Source: Oceanispirochaeta sp.
GTDB taxonomy: Bacteria; Spirochaetota; Spirochaetia; DSM-2461
Length of the DNA stretch: 64,000 nucleotides
Direction: 5' to 3'
NCBI GenBank assembly: GCA_963666275.2
Contig: CAXXOA010000001.1
Coordinates: forward strand, 1,184,001-1,248,000
The notes under the pieces are model-generated. The model was not told where the DNA came from. It made no database searches and saw only the letters and a list, made by a program, of their open reading frames with translations. The number at the start of each line of letters is the position of its first letter. Position 1 is the first letter of the stretch. Positions 60,174 to 64,000 of this stretch are shown here, piece by piece. The position numbers and the translations under genes are program-made.

Positions 60174-60764
60174 ATGCATTTCCTGCCGCAGGGACTACAG
60201 GTACCAGACGACTCCTTTTACAACAGCTCCCCCGACGTGGTGGCTGAAAAACTGCTTGGCAAGATCCTGCTGAGGAGATTCCCCGACGGGTCATTCCTGT
60301 CCGGAAGGATCTGCGAAACCGAAGCCTACAGTCCCGAGGATCCGGCATCCCACTCCTATACAGGGATCACGGAACGGAATGCCCCCATGTTCGGCCCCCC
60401 CGGAAGGGCCTATGTTTATCTGATCTATGGAATCCATCACTGCCTGAATGTGGTGACAGGACCGGAGGGAGAGGGGAGCGCCGTACTGATCCGGGGGATA
60501 ATCCCTCTGGAAGGGCTGGATCTCATACGGAAAAGACGGGGATCCGGATTGAAGGACTCTCAGCTCTGCAATGGGCCGGGAAAGATCTGCCAGGCTCTGG
60601 ATCTTGACAGAACCTGGAACCACCATCCATTTCGCCTGGCCCCACTTCAGATTCTCTCGGATTCCCTCCCTGTCCATCCCGGGTGTATTGTTCAGACCCC
60701 CCGGATCGGAATCACCCTCAATGCCGCCGCCCTGAGGCGTTTTTTGTGGGTTCCGGAAAACTGA
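60174..60764 (+). CDS. mpg: DNA-3-methyladenine glycosylase (AAG/MPG)
   Basis: GRI.ETEAY, YVYLIYG.H.CLNVV, AVLIRG, NGPGK.C.AL, PRIGI. Confidence 0.95.
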   Translation: MHFLPQGLQVPDDSFYNSSPDVVAEKLLGKILLRRFPDGSFLSGRICETEAYSPEDPASHSYTGITERNAPMFGPPGRAYVYLIYGIHHCLNVVTGPEGEGSAVLIRGIIPLEGLDLIRKRRGSGLKDSQLCNGPGKICQALDLDRTWNHHPFRLAPLQILSDSLPVHPGCIVQTPRIGITLNAAALRRFLWVPEN

Positions 60765-60833
60765 GATACGAAAAACATATTTTTTTTCCGATTAAGCTTG
60801 ACCGGATTATCAGGCGGGAGTAATATCACTTAC

Positions 60834-60920
60834 ATGAATACGGGTGGAAATATTTCAGTACAGAAACATCTCTGCGCAGCAGCGGCAGCGGCGGCCTCTT
60901 ACAGAGGAATCGACGGCTGA
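60834..60920 (+). CDS. Ala-rich leader peptide MNTGGNISVQKHLCAAAAAAASYRGIDG
   Basis: 28 codons with 7 consecutive Ala codons (60876-60896); ATG 7 nt after TTGACC-17-TAATAT; upstream of the aminotransferase. Confidence 0.8.
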   Translation: MNTGGNISVQKHLCAAAAAAASYRGIDG

Positions 60921-60940
60921 CCCGTTAATAAGTCAACTAC

Positions 60941-60975
60941 GCCGCGGTTCTTCCAGGGACTGCGGCTTTTTTTTT
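60941..60975 (+). terminator. Attenuator terminator in aminotransferase leader
   Basis: GCCGCGGTTC-ttccag-GGACTGCGGC followed by T9. Confidence 0.88.
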
Positions 60976-61028
60976 ACCTGAAAACAGCAGCGGTTTTGGA
61001 AAGACCCGGGCAGAACAGGAGTAGAACA

Positions 61029-62318
61029 GTGCGACGGAATATTGTCTGGGAGGGAGCGGATCAGCTCCATTACGAAATTCGTGAAATTGTGGGGACGGCA
61101 CACGGTCTTCAGGCGCTTGGAAGGGATATTATCTTCGAAAACATCGGTGATCCTATCCAGAAAGGGGAAGAAGTTCCCCAGTGGATCCGGGACATTGTCA
61201 CCGGTTTGACAAGTCAGAGCAGCAGCTACGGCTATACAGCTACCGAAGGCGCCCCTGAAACCAGGGCCTTTCTGGCGGATCATGTGAACTCCCGGGGGGG
61301 ATGTCAGATCACTTCCGAGGATATCATATTCTTCAACGGACTGGGTGATGCTGTATCCACGGTTTTTGCCTTTCTGAAAAGGGAATCCCGGGTGATCGGT
61401 CCCTCTCCGGCCTATTCCACCCTGTCATCAGCCGAAGCGGCCCATTCGGGTTATGACCACACCACCTACAAGCTGGATCCGGAAAACAACTGGATGCCCG
61501 ACCTGGAGGATCTGGAAAACAAAGTCAGATACAACGATTCCATAGCGGGAATCCTCCTTATAAATCCGGACAATCCCACTGGGGCTGTCTATCCCCCGGC
61601 CATTCTGAAGCAGATCGTGGACATCGCACGGAAGTACGATCTCTTTGTAATCTGCGATGAAACCTATGCCCATATTGTCTACAACGGCGGCGAAACCTGC
61701 CATTTGAGCGAAGCCATCGGAGAGGTTCCCGGCATCGCCATGAGGAGCATCAGCAAGGAGTTTCCCTGGCCCGGTGGACGGTGCGGCTGGCTGGAAGTGT
61801 TCAACAGGCACCGGGACGGCAATTTCGACAGGTTCATCAAAAGCCTTATAGACGCCAAACGGCTGGAAGTCTGTTCCACCACGCTGCCCCAGCTTTCCAT
61901 CCCCCCTGTGTACAGCGATCCCCGCTACAGGGAGCATCTGGACAGACGGAACAGAATCTTCGGCGAGAGGGCAAGGGAAGCTGTGGAGATCCTGAACCGG
62001 GTACCCGGTGTCCGGGTCAATCTGCCCCGGGGCGCCTTCTATCTCACAGTGCTGATCGACAATGACAAAATCAGGAATTTTACCCCTCTCCCCATGGATC
62101 AAAAGGTGGATGAGTATCTGAGCAGCAGGATTGAAAATGCTCCTGCCGATAAAAAACTCGTCTACAATCTTCTGGGAGCAGTGGGGATCTGTACGGTTCC
62201 GCTGAGCGGGTTCTGCTCGGATCTATCGGGATTCCGGGTGACACTGCTTGAACAGGATGATGAAAAACGTCTTAAAATCTGGCACACCCTGGCGGATGCT
62301 CTATCCCGTATGCTCTGA
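61029..62318 (+). CDS. PLP-dependent class I aminotransferase, AlaA/AlaT-like (putative alanine-synthesising transaminase)
   Basis: YEIR, NIGDP, INPDNPTGAVY, DETY, SISK(PLP Lys)..PG.RCGW; GTG after AGGAG; substrate specificity inferred. Confidence 0.8.
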   Translation: MRRNIVWEGADQLHYEIREIVGTAHGLQALGRDIIFENIGDPIQKGEEVPQWIRDIVTGLTSQSSSYGYTATEGAPETRAFLADHVNSRGGCQITSEDIIFFNGLGDAVSTVFAFLKRESRVIGPSPAYSTLSSAEAAHSGYDHTTYKLDPENNWMPDLEDLENKVRYNDSIAGILLINPDNPTGAVYPPAILKQIVDIARKYDLFVICDETYAHIVYNGGETCHLSEAIGEVPGIAMRSISKEFPWPGGRCGWLEVFNRHRDGNFDRFIKSLIDAKRLEVCSTTLPQLSIPPVYSDPRYREHLDRRNRIFGERAREAVEILNRVPGVRVNLPRGAFYLTVLIDNDKIRNFTPLPMDQKVDEYLSSRIENAPADKKLVYNLLGAVGICTVPLSGFCSDLSGFRVTLLEQDDEKRLKIWHTLADALSRML

Positions 62319-63839
62319 TACCCTGAGGCTCCCATCCCGGGAGATCTCCCAGACCGTATCGGTGAGGGCCCGGGAAAACTCCCTTTCGTGGGAAACCATG
62401 AGCAGAGCCCCCGGGAATCCTCTGAGGGCTTCTTCCAGAAAGTCTACTGAAGGGAGATCCAGGTGATTTTCCGGTTCATCCAGAATGAGGAGGGCCGGGA
62501 TTTCCTCTCGTGTAAGGGAGATGGCCAGGAACACTTTTCTGGCTTCTCCCGGACTCAGCCGGAGGGAGTCTCTCAGGGATTCGGGGTCTGAACCCAGCCT
62601 GGCTACCGCCGAGAGGACTTCCCCTTTCTGTCTGTTCGAAAGACTCTGAAACATCCTTCTGACCTGATCCATCTCATCCGGAGAGAACTCCTGGGGCAGA
62701 TAGAAGTATTCTGATGGATCCAGAGTACCTGACTGGAGGATATGCTTCAGAAGGGTGGTTTTACCCGCTCCGTTGGGGCCTTCCAGGGTGATCCTGTCAA
62801 AGGGCCGCAGGATCAGTTCGGGGATCTCCAGGACTCTCTCTTCCCTGTTCAGGGGCAGTTTCATCCCCCCTGTCTGCCAGAGGCGGTCTCTCTTCAGCTG
62901 TCTGCCCTTCATTGTTATACCGGTGGGATCGGTCCCCTGTCCCTCCAGGTCTGAGAGTTTTCTGCCGGCCTGATCCAGACGTCCGTCCATCTGCCGGAGG
63001 AGTTTTCCTCCGGTTCCGTCCTTTCCGCTGACCCTGACAAGATCCATCCTGGCTCTTCCGTCGGAATCTTTTCTGTCCAGATGCTTTTTCGAACGCCGGG
63101 ACTGCTGGGACGCCGCCAGAGCTCTTCTGCGGGAGGCTTCACTTTCCAGTCTCCGGAGCTCCCGGAGGGCCTGATCCCTCTCTCTCCGGAGGCCCAGCTC
63201 CTTTTTCCGTTTCTCCTCCATCGCCAGAGCGTAATTTCCATGATAGAAGTCACAAGCGCCCTGTTTCAGATAAAGGATTCCCCGGGGAAGCCGGTTCAGA
63301 AGGTATCTGTCATGACTGACAAGGATGCCTATGCCCCTGTACTGCTCCAGAGCCCGGCTAATGGTTTCTCGGGTCTCCCTGTCCAGATGGTTCACAGGTT
63401 CGTCCAGGCAGAGGCAGTCGGGATCTCTGTAAAGGACAGAGGCCAGGAGGAGTTTTTTCTGCTCTCCCTGGCTGAGGGTTTCAATCCTGAAGAACCAGTC
63501 GAAATCCGCCTCCAGCAGGTTCAGCCATTTCAGGGCCTCCTTTTCGCCCTCCAGAGCCGCATCCTGCAGGACCGCTATGGAACTCAGGGCGGAAGGATCC
63601 GCACAGCCCTCCTGGGGAACAAAAATTGTCAGGAACCGGTCGGCCGTATTGCCGCTGATTCGGCCCTGTCGGGGAGTCAGAATGCGGCTTATAAGCTTCA
63701 GAAGGGTGGATTTTCCCGTCCCGTTGGCACCGGCCAGGCCGGTCCAGCCTGAGGGGAATGTGATATTCAGATCGTCAAAGAGTAAAGAGGATGAGTCATA
63801 ACTGAAACTCAGATGGGTAATATGAAGGTATTGGGACAT
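62301..63839 (-). CDS. ABC-F family ATPase (possible antibiotic-resistance ribosome protection protein)
   Basis: Two NBDs (GANGTGKS/LSQGE/DEPVNHLD; GPNGAGKT/LSPGE/DEPENHLD), no TM, long basic interdomain linker. Confidence 0.88.
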   Translation of the reverse strand: MSQYLHITHLSFSYDSSSLLFDDLNITFPSGWTGLAGANGTGKSTLLKLISRILTPRQGRISGNTADRFLTIFVPQEGCADPSALSSIAVLQDAALEGEKEALKWLNLLEADFDWFFRIETLSQGEQKKLLLASVLYRDPDCLCLDEPVNHLDRETRETISRALEQYRGIGILVSHDRYLLNRLPRGILYLKQGACDFYHGNYALAMEEKRKKELGLRRERDQALRELRRLESEASRRRALAASQQSRRSKKHLDRKDSDGRARMDLVRVSGKDGTGGKLLRQMDGRLDQAGRKLSDLEGQGTDPTGITMKGRQLKRDRLWQTGGMKLPLNREERVLEIPELILRPFDRITLEGPNGAGKTTLLKHILQSGTLDPSEYFYLPQEFSPDEMDQVRRMFQSLSNRQKGEVLSAVARLGSDPESLRDSLRLSPGEARKVFLAISLTREEIPALLILDEPENHLDLPSVDFLEEALRGFPGALLMVSHEREFSRALTDTVWEISRDGSLRVSEHTG

Positions 63840-64000
63840 ATAAAAGCTCCGCACAGGAATTTTGAGGCGGCCGGAATATTCCGTTACAGAGATTGGGAGA
63901 AGTGCCGCATACGGATCACTGCCTGTACTGTTTCTTCTCCAATCAGCTTTTAATAATCAATGTCCCCTGTCCTTTTCATTCTGATAAGATATAAAAAATG

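Noticed and set aside
59332..60348. N-terminal extensions in the ORF track (xth 338 aa; also dppD, thiH, lacI, LytTR)
   Set aside because: They overlap neighbouring genes or promoters; internal starts have SD sites and match family N-termini.
60876..60896. GCN run as a simple trinucleotide microsatellite
   Set aside because: Codons are mixed (GCA/GCG/GCC), in frame with an ATG at a promoter, and positioned against alternative hairpins; a leader peptide explains it better.
1..64000. CRISPR arrays, tRNA/rRNA genes, prophage, integrase or reverse-transcriptase systems
   Set aside because: No spaced repeat arrays, structural RNA signatures or such proteins found on reading.

Overview
Bacterial chromosomal window, most likely from a free-living anaerobic spirochaete (inferred from gene content, not verified). 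It holds about 55 genes. From left to right: a partial DTW tRNA-modification gene; radC with an internally deleted HEPN and an MNT; a decayed AT-rich catabolic patch (larA-like and TRAP dctM fragments, gntR-MBL-gntP, an IS3 remnant); dppABCDF; a receiver-CheC-diguanylate cyclase module and an MCP; stand-alone rpsD; a metal ABC transporter; an RND pump; cstA with a LytS/LytTR pair; a TPP-riboswitch-controlled thiSGHFEC operon; an AT-rich LacI/sugar-ABC/sulfatase/DUF5054 island; a trpE-GD-CF-B-A operon with a frameshifted trpE; hicAB; xth/mpg; an AlaA-like aminotransferase; and an ABC-F ATPase. The most striking signal is missing from the ORF track: a 28-codon leader peptide with seven consecutive Ala codons (60834-60920), followed by mutually exclusive antiterminator and terminator hairpins, directly upstream of the putative alanine-synthesising transaminase. 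This is a candidate alanine-sensing, ribosome-mediated attenuator. Two more candidate uORF attenuators lie upstream of a methyltransferase and of the ABC-F gene. Several clean operator sites and recurrent leaderless-type promoters are also visible. All family assignments come from reading motifs by eye; no searches were run.
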